From the human T2T-CHM13v2.0 reference genome, Homo sapiens, in the NCBI RefSeq assembly GCF_009914755.1, contig NC_060925.1: a DNA stretch of 64,000 bases; one strand, given 5' to 3'. The notes under the pieces are model-generated. The model made no database searches and was not told where the DNA came from. It saw only the letters and a list, made by a program, of their open reading frames with translations. Positions 1-14,100 of this stretch are shown one piece after another (the stretch's first letter is position 1; each line of letters starts with the position of its first letter). The translations under genes and the position numbers were made by a program.

Positions 1-632
1 AATGGAATCATCATCGAATGGAAATGTAAGGAGTCATCATCTAATGGAATTGCATGGAATCATCATAAAATGGAATCGAATGGAATCAACATCAAATGGA
101 ATCAAATGGAATCATTGAACGGAATTGAATGGAATCGTCATCGAATGAATTGAATGCAATCATCGAATGGTCTCGAATGGAATCATCTTCAAATGGAATG
201 GAATGGAATCATCGCATAGAATCGAATGGAATTATCATCGAATGGAATCGAATGGAATCAACATCAAACAGAAAAAAACGGAATTATCGAATGGAATCGA
301 AGAGAATCATCGAATGGACCCGAATGGAATCATCTAATAGAATGGAATGGAATAATCCATGGACTCGAATGCAATCATCATCGAATGGAATCGAATGGAA
401 TCATCGAATGGACTCGAATGGAATAATCATTGAACGGAATCGAATGGAATCATCATCGGATGGAAATGAATGGAATCATCATCGAATGGAATCGAATAGA
501 ATTATGGAATGAAATCCAGTGTGATCATCATCGAATGGACCCGAATGGAATCATCATCCAACGGAAGCTAATGGAATCAACATCGAATGAATCGAATGGA
601 AACACCATCGAATTGAAACGAATGGAATTATC

Positions 633-3600
633 ATGAAATTGAAATGGATGGACTCATCATCGAATGGATTCGAATGGAATCATCGAATAAAATTGATTGA
701 AATCATCATCGAATGGTATCGAATGGTATCATTGAATGGAATCGAATGGAATCATCATCAGATGGAAATGAATGGAATCGTCATAGAATGGAATCGAATG
801 GATTCATTGAATGGAATCAGATGGAATCATCGAATGGACTGGAATGGAATCATTGAATGGACTCGAAAGGGATCATTATTGAATGGAATTGAATGGAATC
901 ATTGAATGGTCTCGATTGGAATCATTATCAAATGGAATCGAATGGAATCACCGAATAGAATCGAATGGAACAATCATCGAATGGACTCAAATGGAATTAT
1001 CCTCAAATGGAATCGAATGGAATTATCGAATGCAATCGAATGGAATTATCGAATGCAATCGAATAGAATCATCGAATGGACTCGAATGGAATCATCGAAT
1101 GGAATGGAATGGAACAGTCAATGAACTCGAATGGAATCATCATTGAATGGAATCGAATGGAATCATCGAGTGGAATCGAATGGAATTACGATCAAATGGA
1201 ATCGAATGTAATCATCATCAAATGGAATCAAAAATAACCATCATCAATTGGTATTGAATGGAATTCTCATCAAATGGAATTCAAAGGAATCATCATCAAA
1301 TGGAACTGAATGGAATCCTCATTGAATGGAAATGAAAGGGGTCATCATCTAATGGAATCGCATGGAATCATCATCAAATGGAATCGAATGGAATCATCAT
1401 CAAATGGAATCTGATGGAATCATTGAACAGAATTGAATGGAATCGTCATCGAATGAATTGAATGCAATCATCAAATGGTCTCGAATGTAATCACATTCTA
1501 ATGGAAAGGAATGGAATCATCGCATAGAATAGAATGGAATTAACATTGAATGGACTCGAATGGAATCTACATCAAACGGAATCAAGCGGAATTATTGAAT
1601 GGAATCGAAGAGAATCATCGAATGGTCTCGAATGGAATCATCTTCTAATGGAAAGGAATGGAATCATCTCATAGAATCGAATGGAATTAACATTGAATGG
1701 ACTCGAATGGAATCAACATCAAATGGAATCAAGCGGAATTATCGAATGAAATCGAAGAGAATCATCGAATGGACTCGAATGGAATCATCTAATGGAATGG
1801 AATGGAATAATCCACGGACTCGAATGCAATCATCATCGTATAGAATCGAATGGAATCATCGAAAGGACTCGAATGGAATAACCATTGAACGGAATCGAAT
1901 GGAATCATCATCGGATGGAAACGAATGGAATCATCATCGAATGGAAATGAAAGGAGTCATCATCTAATGGAATTGCATGGAATCATCATAAAATGGAATC
2001 GAATGGAATCATCATCAAATGGAATCAAATGGAATCATTGAACGGAATTGAATGGAATCGTCATCGAATGAATTGAATGCAATCATCAAATGGTCTCGAA
2101 TGGAATCATCTTCAAATGGAATGGAATGGAATCATCGCATAGAATCGAATGGAATTATCATCAAATGGAATCGAATGGTATCAACATCAAACGGAAAAAA
2201 ACGGAATTATCGAATGGAATCGAAGAGAATCTTCGAACGGACCCGAATGGAATCATCTAATGGAATGGAATGGAATAATCCATGGACTCGAATGCAATCA
2301 TCATCGAATGGAATCGAATGGAATCATTGAATGGACTCGAATGGAATAATCATTGAACGGAATCGAATGGAATCATCATCGGATGGAAACGAATGGAATC
2401 ATCATCGAATGGAATCGAATAGAATTATGGAATGAAATCCAGTGTGATCATCATCGAATGGACCCGAATGGAATCATCATCCAACGGAAGCTAATGGAAT
2501 CAACATCGAATGAATCGAAAGGAAACACCATCGAATTGAAACGAATGGAATTATCATGAAATTGAAATGGATGGACTCATCATCGAATGGATTCGAATGG
2601 AATCATCGAATAAAATTGATTGAAATCATCATCGAATGGAATCGAATGGTATCATTGAATGGAATCGAATGGAATCATCATCAGATGGAAATGAATGGAA
2701 TCGTCATAGAATGGAATCGGATGGATTCATTGAATGGAATCAGATGGAATCATCGAATGGACTGGAATGGAATCATTGAATGGACTCGAAAGGGATCATT
2801 ATTGAATGGAATTGAATGGAATCATCGAATGGTCTCGATTGGAATCATTATCAAATGGAATCGAATGGAATCACCGAATAGAATCGAATGGAACAATCAT
2901 CGAATGGACTCAAATGGAATTATCCTCAAATGGAATCGAATGGAATTATCGAATGCAATCGAATGGAATTATCGAATGCAATCGAATAGAATCATCGAAT
3001 GGACTCGAATGGAATCATCGAATGGAATGGAATGGAACAGTCAATGAACTCGAATGGAATCATCATTGAATGGAATCGAATGGAATCATCGAGTGGAATC
3101 GAATGGAATTAAGATCAAATGGAATCGAATGTAATCATCATCAAATGGAATCAAAAATAACCATCATCAATTGGTATTGAATGGAATTGTCATCAAATGG
3201 AATTCAAAGGAATCATCATCAAATGGAACCGAATGGAATCCTCGTTGAATGGAAATGAAAGGGGTCATCATCTAATGGAATCGCATGGAAACATCATAAA
3301 ATGGAATCGAATGGAATCAACATCAAATGGAATCAAATGGAATCATTGAACGGAATTGAATGGAATGGTCATCGAAAGAATTGAATGCAATCATCGAATG
3401 GTCTCGAATGGAATCATCTTCAAATGGAATGGAATTGAATCATCGCATAGAATCGAAAGGAATTATCATCGAATGGAATCGAATGGAATCAACACCAAAC
3501 GGAAAAAAACGGAATTATCGAATGGAATCGAAGAGAATCATCGAATGGACCCGAATGGAATCATCTAATGGAATGGAATGGAATAATCCATGGACTCGAA

Positions 3601-6600
3601 TGCAATCATCATCGAATGGAATCGAATGGAATCATCGAATGGACTCGAATGGAATAATCATTGAACGGAATCGAATGGAATCATCATCGGATGGAAACGA
3701 ATGGAATCATCATCGAATGGAATCGAATAGAATTATGGAATGAAATCCAGTGTGATCATCATCGAATGGACCCGAATGGAATCATCATCCAACGGAAGCT
3801 AATGGAATCAACATCGAATGAATCAAATGGAAACACCATCGAATTGAAACGAATGGAATTACCATGAAATTGAAATGGATGGACTCATCATCAAATGGAT
3901 TCGAATGGAATAATCGAATAAAATTGATTGAAATCATCATCGAATGGAATCGAATGGTATCATTGAATGGAATCGAATGGAATCATCATCAGATGGAAAT
4001 GAATGGAATCGTCATAGAATGGAATCGAATGGATTCATTGAATGGAATCAGATGGAATCATTGAATGGACTGGAATGGAATCATTGAATGGACTCGAAAG
4101 GGATCATTATTGAATGGAATTGAATGGAATCATCGAATGGTCTCGATAGGAATCATTATCAAATGGAATCGAATGGAATCACCGAATAGAATCGAATGGA
4201 ACAATCATCGAATGGACTCAAATGGAATTATCCTCTAATGGAATCGAATGGAATTATCGAATGCAATCGAATGGAATTATCGAATGCAATCGAATAGAAT
4301 CATCGAATGGACTCGAATGGAATCATCGAATGGAATGGAATGGAACAGTCAATGAACTCGAATGGAATCATCATTGAATGGAATCGAATGGAATCATCGA
4401 GTGGAATCTAAAGGAATTATGACCAAATGGAATCGAAAGTAATCATCATCAAATGGAATCAAAAATAAACATCATCAATTGGTATTGAATGGAATTGTCA
4501 TCAAATGGAATTCAAAGGAATCATCATCAAATGGAACCGAATGGAATCCTCATTGAATGGAAATGAAAGGGGTCATCATCTAATGGAATCGCATGGAATC
4601 ATCATCAAATGGAATCGAATGGAATCATCATCAAATGGAATTTAATGGAATCATTGAAAAGAATTGAATGGAATAGTCATCGAATGAATTGAATGCAATC
4701 ATCGAATGGTCTCGAATGGAATCATCTTCTAATGGAAAGGAATGGAATCATCGCATAGAATCGAATGGAATTATCATCGAATGGAATCGAATGATATCAA
4801 CACCAAACGGAAAATAACGGAATTATCGAATGGAATCGAAGAGAATCTTCGAACGGACCCGAATGGAATCATCTAATGGAATGGAATGGAATAATCCATG
4901 GACTCGAATGCAATCATCATCGAATGGAATCGAATGGAATCATCGAATGGACTCGAATGGAATAATCATTGAACGGAATCGAATGGAATCATCATCGGAT
5001 GGAAACGAATGGAATCATCATCGAATGGAAATGAAAGGAGTCATCATCTAATGGAATTGCATGGAATCATCATCAAATGGAATCGAATGGAATCAACATC
5101 AAATGGAATCAAATGGAATCATTGAACGGAATTGAATGGAATCGTCATCGAATGAATTGAATGCAATCATCGAATGGTCTCAAATGGAATCATCTTCAAA
5201 TGGAATGGAATGGAATCATCGCATAGAATCGAATGGAATTATCATCGAATGGAATCGAATGGAATCAACATCAAACGGAAAAAAACGGAATTATCGAATG
5301 GAATCGAAGAGAATCATCGAATGGACCCGAATGGAATCATCTAATGGAATGGAATGGAATAATCCATGGACTCGAATGCAATCATCATCGAATGGAATCG
5401 AATGGAATCATCGAATGGACTCGAATGGAATAATCATTGAACGGAATCGAATGGAATCGTCATCGGATGGAAATGAATGGAATCATCATCGAATGGAATC
5501 GAATAGAATTATGGAATGAAATCCAGTGTGATCATCATCGAATGGACCCGAATGGAATCATCATCCAACGGAAGCTAATGGAATCAACATCGAATGAATC
5601 GAATGGAAACACCATCGAATTGAAACGAATGGAATTACCATGAAATTGAAATGGATGGACTCATCATCGAATGGATTCGAATGGAATCATCGAATAAAAT
5701 TGATTGAAATCATCATCGAATGGTATCGAATGGTATCATTGAATGGAATCGAATGGGATCATCCTCAGATGGAAATGAATGGAATCGTCATAGAATGGAA
5801 TCGAATGGATTCATTGAATGGAATCAGATGGAATCATCGAATGGACTGGAATGGAATCATTGAATGGACTCGAAAGGGATCATTATTGAATGGAATTGAA
5901 TGGAATCATCGAATGGTCCCGATTGGAATCATTATCAAATGGAATCGAATGGAATCACCGAATAGAATCGAATGGAACAATCATCGAATGGACTCAAATG
6001 GAATTATCCTCAAATGGAATCGAATGGAATTATCGAATGCAATCGAATGGAATTATCGAATGCAATCGAATAGAATCATCGAATGGACTCGAATGGAATC
6101 ATCGAATGGAATGGAATGGAACAGTCAATGAACTCGAATGGAATCATCATTGAATGGAATCGAATGGAATCATCGAGTGGAATCGAATGGAATTATGATC
6201 AAATGGAATCGAATGTAATCATCATCAAATGGAATCAAAAATAACCATCATCAATTGGTATTGAATGGAATTCTCATCAAATGGAATTCAAAGGAATCAT
6301 CATCAAATGGAACTGAATGGAATCCTCATTGAATGGAAATGAAAGGGGTCATCATCTAATGGAATCGCATGGAATCATCATCAAATGGAATCGAATGGAA
6401 TCATCATCAAATGGAATCTGATGGAATTATTGAACAGAATTGAATGGAATCGTCATCGAATGAATTGAATGCAATCATCAAATGGTCTCGAATGTAATCA
6501 CATTCTAATGGAAAGGAATGGAATCATCGCATAGAATAGAATGGAATTAACATTGAATGGACTCGAATGGAATCTACATCAAACGGAATCAAGCGGAATT

Positions 6601-8100
6601 ATTGAATGGAATCGAAGAGAATCATCGAATGGTCTCGAATGGAATCATCTTCTAATGGAAAGGAATGGAATCATCTCATAGAATCGAATGGAATTAACAT
6701 TGAATGGACTCGAATGGAATCAACATCAAATGGAATCAAGCGGAATTATCGAATGAAATCGAAGAGAATCATCGAATGGACTCGAATGGAATCATCTAAT
6801 GGAATGGAATGGAATAATCCACGGACTCGAATGCAATCATCATCGTATAGAATCGAATGGAATCATCGAAAGGACTCGAATGGAATAACCATTGAACGGA
6901 ATCGAATGGAATCATCATCGGATGGAAACGAATGGAATCATCATCGAATGGAAATTAAAGGAGTCATCATCTAATGGAATTGCATGGAATCATCATAAAA
7001 TGGAATCGAATGGAATCATCATCAAATGGAATCAAATGGAATCATTGAACGGAATTGAATGGAATCGTCATCGAATGAATTGAATGCAATCATCAAATGG
7101 TCTCGAATGGAATCATCTTCAAATGGAATGGAATGGAATCATCGCATAGAATCGAATGGAATTATCATCAAATGGAATCGAATGGTATCAACATCAAACG
7201 GAAAAAAACGGAATTATCGAATGGAATCGAAGAGAATCTTCGAACGGACCCGAATGGAATCATCTAATGGAATGGAATGGAATAATCCATGGACTCGAAT
7301 GCAATCATCATCGAATGGAATCGAATGGAATCATTGAATGGACTCGAATGGAATAATCATTGAACGGAATCGAATGGAATCATCATCGGATGGAAACGAA
7401 TGGAATCATCATCGAATGGAATCGAATAGAATTATGGAATGAAATCCAGTGTGATCATCATCGAATGGACCCGAATGGAATCATCATCCAACGGAAGCTA
7501 ATGGAATCAACATCGAATGAATCGAAAGGAAACACCATCGAATTGAAACGAATGGAATTATCATGAAATTGAAATGGATGGACTCATCATCGAATGGATT
7601 CGAATGGAATCATCGAATAAAATTGATTGAAATCATCATCGAATGGAATCGAATGGTATCATTGAATGGAATCGAATGGAATCATCATCAGATGGAAATG
7701 AATGGAATCGTCATAGAATGGAATCGGATGGATTCATTGAATGGAATCAGATGGAATCATCGAATGGACTGGAATGGAATCATTGAATGGACTCGAAAGG
7801 GATCATTATTGAATGGAATTGAATGGAATCATCGAATGGTCTCGATTGGAATCATTATCAAATGGAATCGAATGGAATCACCGAATAGAATCGAATGGAA
7901 CAATCATCGAATGGACTCAAATGGAATTATCCTCAAATGGAATCGAATGGAATTATCGAATGCAATCGAATGGAATTATCGAATGCAATCGAATAGAATC
8001 ATCGAATGGACTCGAATGGAATCATCGAATGGAATGGAATGGAACAGTCAATGAACTCGAATGGAATCATCATTGAATGGAATCGAATGGAATCATCGAG
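633..8100 (+). repeat. 5007-bp higher-order repeat (1923+1308+1776), about 1.5 tandem copies
   Basis: Anchor pairs 633/5640, 2556/7563 and 3864/8871 and ORFs 1599/6606 and 2052/7059 are all 5007 apart. They share private variants (gaatggtatcgaat, atcgaaaggaaac, ggaatcggatggatt, the 147-bp duplication). Confidence 0.88.
1467..1760 (+). repeat. 147-bp tandem duplication creating the 1923-bp unit (also at 6474-6767 and 19353-19646)
   Basis: atcatcaaatggtctcgaatg...gaagaga at 1467-1613 is followed by atcatcgaatggtctcgaatg...gaagaga at 1614-1760. 1923-1776=147. Confidence 0.9.
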
Positions 8101-11100
8101 TGGAATCGAATGTAATCATCATCAAATGGAATCAAAAATAACCATCATCAAATGGAATCAAAAATAACCATCATCAATTGGTATTGAATGGAATTCTCAT
8201 CAAATGGAATTCAAAGGAATCATCATCAAATGGAACCGAATGGAATCCTCATTGAATGGAAATGAAAGGGGTCATCATCTAATGGAATCGCATGGAATCA
8301 TCATCAAATGGAATCGAATGGAATCAACATCAAATGGAATCAAATGGAATCATTGAACAGAATTGAATGGAATCGTCATCGAATGAATTGAATGCAATCA
8401 TCGAATGGTCTCGAATGGAATCATCTTCAAATGGAATGGAATGGAATCATCGCATAGAATCGAATGGAATTTTCATCGAATGGAATCGAATGGAATCAAC
8501 ATCAAACGGAAAAAAACGGAATTATCGAATGGAATCGAAGAGAATCACCGAATGGACCCGAATGGAATCATCTAATGGAATGGAATGGAATAATCCATGG
8601 ACTCGAATGCAATCATCATCGAATGGAATCGAATGGAATCATCGAATGGACTCGAATGGAATAATCATTGAACGGAATCGAATGGAATCATCATCGGATG
8701 GAAATGAATGGAATCATCATCGAATGGAATCGAATAGAATTATGGAATGAAATCCAGTGTGATCATCATCGAATGGACCCGAATGGAATCATCATCCAAC
8801 GGAAGCTAATGGAATCAACATCGAATGAATCAAATGGAAACACCATCGAATTGAAACGAATGGAGTTACCATGAAATTGAAATGGATGGACTCATCCTCA
8901 AATGGATTCGAGTGGAATCATCGAATAAAATTGATTGAAATCATCATCGAATGGAATCGAATGGTATCATTGAATGGAATCGAATGGAATCATCATCAGA
9001 TGGAAATGAAAGGAATCGTCATAGAATGGAATCGAATGGATTCATTGAATGGAATTAGATGGAATCATTGAATGGACTGGAATGGAATCATTGAATGGAC
9101 TCGAAAGGGATCATTATTGAATGGAATTGAATGGAATCATCGAATGGTCTCGATTGGAATCATTATCAAATGGAATCGAATGGAATCACCGAATAGAATC
9201 GAATGGAACAATCATCGAATGGACTCAAATGGAATTATCCTCTAATGGAATTGAATGGAATTATCGAATGCAATCGAATGGAATTATCGAATGCAATCGA
9301 ATAGAATCATCGAATGGACTCGAATGGAATCATCGAATGGAATGGAATGGAACAGTCAATGAACTCGAATGGAATCATCATTGAATGGAATCGAATGGAA
9401 TCATCGAGTGGAATCGAATGTAATCATCATCAAATGGAATCAAAAATAACCATCATCAAATGGAATCAAAAATAACCATCATCAATTGGTATTGAATGGA
9501 ATTCTCATCAAATGGAATTCAAAGGAATCATCATCAAATGGAACCGAATGGAATCCTCATTGAATGGAAATGAAAGGGGTCATCATCTAATGGAATCGCA
9601 AGGAATCATCATAAAATGGAATCGAATGGAATCAACATCAAATGGAATCAAATGGAATCATTGAACGGAATTGAATGGAATCGTCATCGAATGAATTGAA
9701 AGCAATCATCGAATGGTCTCGAATGGAATCATCTTCAAATGGAATGGAATGGAATCATCGCATAGAATCGAAAGGAATTATCATCGAATGGAATCGAATG
9801 GAATCAACACCAAACGGAAAAAAACGGAATTATCGAATGGAATCGAAGAGAATCATCGAATGGACCCGAATGGAATCATCTAATGGAATGGAATGGAATA
9901 ATCCATGGACTCGAATGCAATCATCATCGAATGGAATCGAATGGAATCATCCAATGGACTCGAATGGAATAATCATTGAACGGAATCGAATGGAATCATC
10001 ATCGGATGGAAATGAATGGAATCATCATCGAATGGAATCGAATAGAATTATGGAATGAAATCCAGTGTGATCATCATCGAATGGACCCGAATGGAATCAT
10101 CATCCAACGGATGCTAATGGAATCAACATCGAATGAATCAAATGGAAACACCATCGAATTGAAACGAATGGAATTACCATGAAATTGAAATGGATGGACT
10201 CATCATCGAATGGATTCGAAAGGAATCATCGAATAAAATTGATTGAAATCATCATCGAATGGAATCGAATGGTATCATTGAATGGAATCGAATGGAATCA
10301 TCATCAGATGGAAATGAATGGAATCGTCATAGAATGGAATCGAATGGATTCATTGAATGGAATCAGATGGAATCATCGAATGGACTGGAATGGAATCATT
10401 GAATGGACTCGAAAGAGATCATGATTGAATGGAATTGAATAGAATCATCGAATGGTCTCGATTGGAATCATTATCAAATGGAATCGAATGGAATCATCGA
10501 ATAGAATCGAATGGAACAATCATCGAATGGACTCCAATGGAATTATCCTCAAATGGAATCGAATGGAATTATCGAATGCAATCGAATGGAATTATCGAAT
10601 GCAATCGAATAGAATCATCGAATGGACTCGAATGGAATCATCGAATGGAATGGAATGGAACAGTCAATGAACTCGAATGGAATCATCATTGAATGGAATC
10701 GAATGGAATCATCGAGTGGAATCGAATGGAATTATGATCAAATGGAATCGAATGTAATCATCATCAAATGGAATCAAAAATAACCATCATCAATTGGTAT
10801 TGAATGGAATTGTCATCAAGTGGAATTCAAAGGAAACATCATCAAATGGAACCGAATGGAATCCTCATTGAATGGAAATGAAAGGGGTCATCGTCTAATG
10901 GAATCGCATGGAATCATGATCAAATGGAATCGAATGGAATCATCATCAAATGGAATCTAATGGAATCATTCAACAGAATTGAATGGAATCGTCATCGAAT
11001 GAATTGAATGCAATCATCGAATGGTCTCGAATGGAACCATCTTCTAATGGAAAGGAATGGAATCATCGCATAGAATCGAATGGAATTGTCATCGAATGGA

Positions 11101-14100
11101 ATCGAATGGTATCAACACCAAACGGAAAAAAACGGAATTATCGAATGGAATCGAAGAGAATCTTCGAACGGACCCGAATGGAATCATCTAATGGAATGGA
11201 ATGGAATAATCCATGGACTCGAATGCAATCATCATCGAATGGAATCGAATGGAATCATCGAATGGACTCGAATGGAATAATCATTGAACGGAATCGAATG
11301 GAATCATCATCGGATGGAAACGAATGGAATCATCATCGGATGGGAATGAAAGGAGTCATCATCTAATGGAATTGCATGGAATCATCATAAAATGGAATCG
11401 AATGGAATCAACATCAAATGGAATCAAATGGAATCATTGAACGGAATTGAATGGAATCGTCATCGAATGAATTGAATGCAATCATCGAATGGTCTCGAAT
11501 GGAATCATCTACAAATGGAATGGAATGGAATCATTGCATAGAATCGAATGGAATTATCATCGAATGGAATCGAATGGTATCAACATCAAACGGAAAAAAA
11601 CGGAATTATCGAATGGAATCGAAGAGAATCTTCGAACGTACCCGAATGGAATCATCTAATGGAGTGGAATGGAATAATCCATGGACTCGAATGCAATCAT
11701 CATCGAATGGAATCGAATGGAATCATCGAATGGTCTCGAATGGAATAATCATTGAACGGAATCGAATGGAATCATCATCGGATGGAAATGAATGGAATGA
11801 TCATCGAATGGAATCGAATAGAATTATGGAATGAAATCCAGTGTGATCATCATCGAATGGACCCGAATGGAATCATCATCCAACGGAAGCTAATGGAATC
11901 AACATCGAATGAATCGAATGGAAACACCATCGAATTGAAACGAATGGAATTATCATGAAATTGAAATGGATGGACCCATCATCGAATGGATTCGAATGGA
12001 ATCATCGAATAAAATTGATTGAAATCATCATCAAATGGAATCGAATGGTGTCATTGAATGGGATCGAATGGAATCATCGTCAGATGGAAATGAATGGAAT
12101 CGTCATAGAATGGAATCGAATGGATTCATTGAATGGAATCAGATGGAATCATCGAATGGACTGGAATGGAATCATTGAATGGACTCGAATGGAATCATTA
12201 TTGAATGGAATTGAATGGAATCATCGAATGGTCTCGATTGGAATCATTATCACATGGAATCGAATGGAATCACCGAATAGAATCGAATGGAACAATCATC
12301 GAATGGACTCAAATGGAATTATCCTCAAATGGAATCGAATGGAATTATCGAATGCAATCGAATGGAATTATCGAATGCAATCGAATAGAATCATCGAATG
12401 GACTCGAATGGAATCATCGAATGGAATGGAATGGAACAGTCAATGAACTCGAATGGAATCATCATTGAATGGAATCGAATGGAATCATCGAGTGGAATCG
12501 AATGGAATTATGATCAAATGGAATCGAATGTAATCCTCATCAAATGGAATCAAAAATAACGATCATCAATTGGTATTGAATGGAATTGTCATCAAATGGA
12601 ATTGAAAGGAATCATCATCAAATGGAACCGAATGGAATCCTCATTGAATGGAAATGAAAGTGGTCATCATCTAATGGAATCGCATGGAATCATCATCAAA
12701 TGGAATCGAATGGAATCATCATGAAATGGAATCTAAGGGAATCATTGAACAGAATTGAATGGAATCGTCATCGAATGAATTGAATGCAATCATCGAATGG
12801 TCTCGAATGGAATCATCTTCAAATGGAAAGGAATGGAATCATCGCATAGAATCGAATGGAATTATCATCGAATGGAATCCAATGGTATCAACATCAAACG
12901 GAAAAAAACGGAATTATGGAATGGAATCGAAGAGAATCTTCGAACGGACCCGAATGGAATCATCTAATGGAATGGAATGGAATAATCCATGGACTCGAAT
13001 GCAATCATCATCAAATGGAATCGAATGGAATCATCGAATGGACTCGAATGGAATAATCATTGAACGGAATCGAATGGAATCATCATCGGATGGAAACGAA
13101 TGGAATCATCATCGAATGGAAATGAAAGGAGTCATCATCTAATGGAATTGCATGGAATCATCATAAAATGGAATCGAATGGAATCAACATCAAATGGAAT
13201 CAAATGGAATCATTGAACGGAATTGAATGGAATCGTCATCGAATGAATTGACTGCAATCATCGAATGGTCTCGAATGGAATCATCTTCAAATGGAATGGA
13301 ATGGAATCATCGCATAGAATCGAATGGAATTATCATCGAATGGATTCGAATGGAATCAACATCAAACGGAAAAAAACGGAATTATCGAATGGAATCGAAG
13401 GGAATCATCGAAGGGACCCGAATGGAATCATCTAATGGAATGGAATGGAATAATCCATGGACTCGAATGCAATCATCATCGAATGGAATCGAATGGAATC
13501 ATCGAATGGACTCGAATGGAATAATCATTGAACGGAATCGAATGGAATCATCATCGGATGGAAATGAATGGAGTCATCATCGAATGGAATCGAATAGAAT
13601 TATGGAATGAAATCCAGTGTGATCATCATCGAATGGACCCGAATGGAATCATCATCCAACGGAAGCTAATGGAATCAACATCGAATGAATCAAATGGAAA
13701 CACCATCGAATTGAAACGAATGGAATTACCATGAAATTAAATTGGATGGACTCATCCTCAAATGGATTCGAGTGGAATCATCGAATAAAATTGATTGAAA
13801 TCATCATCAAATGGAATCGAATGGTATCATTGAATGGAATCGAATGGAATCATCATCAGATGGAAATGAAAGGAATCGTCATAGAATGGAATCAAATGGA
13901 TTCATTGAATGGAATCAGATGGAATCATTGAATGGACTGGAATGGAATCATTGAATGGACTCGAAAGGGATCATTATTGAATGGAATTGAATGGAATCAT
14001 CGAATGGTCTCGATTGGAATCATTATCAAATGGAATCGAATGGAATCACCGAATAGAATCGAATGGAACAATCATCGAATGGACTCAAATGGAATTATCC

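Noticed and set aside
684-700. AATAAA (cgaataaaattg) once per unit as a polyadenylation signal
   Set aside because: A hexamer in AT-rich repeat DNA with no GU-rich downstream element or transcript evidence available here.
1467-1613. 147-bp length as a nucleosome-positioning adaptation
   Set aside because: It is fully explained as 3x23+3x26 cells. Other indels (26, 71, 75, 494, 626, 713) show no nucleosomal pattern.
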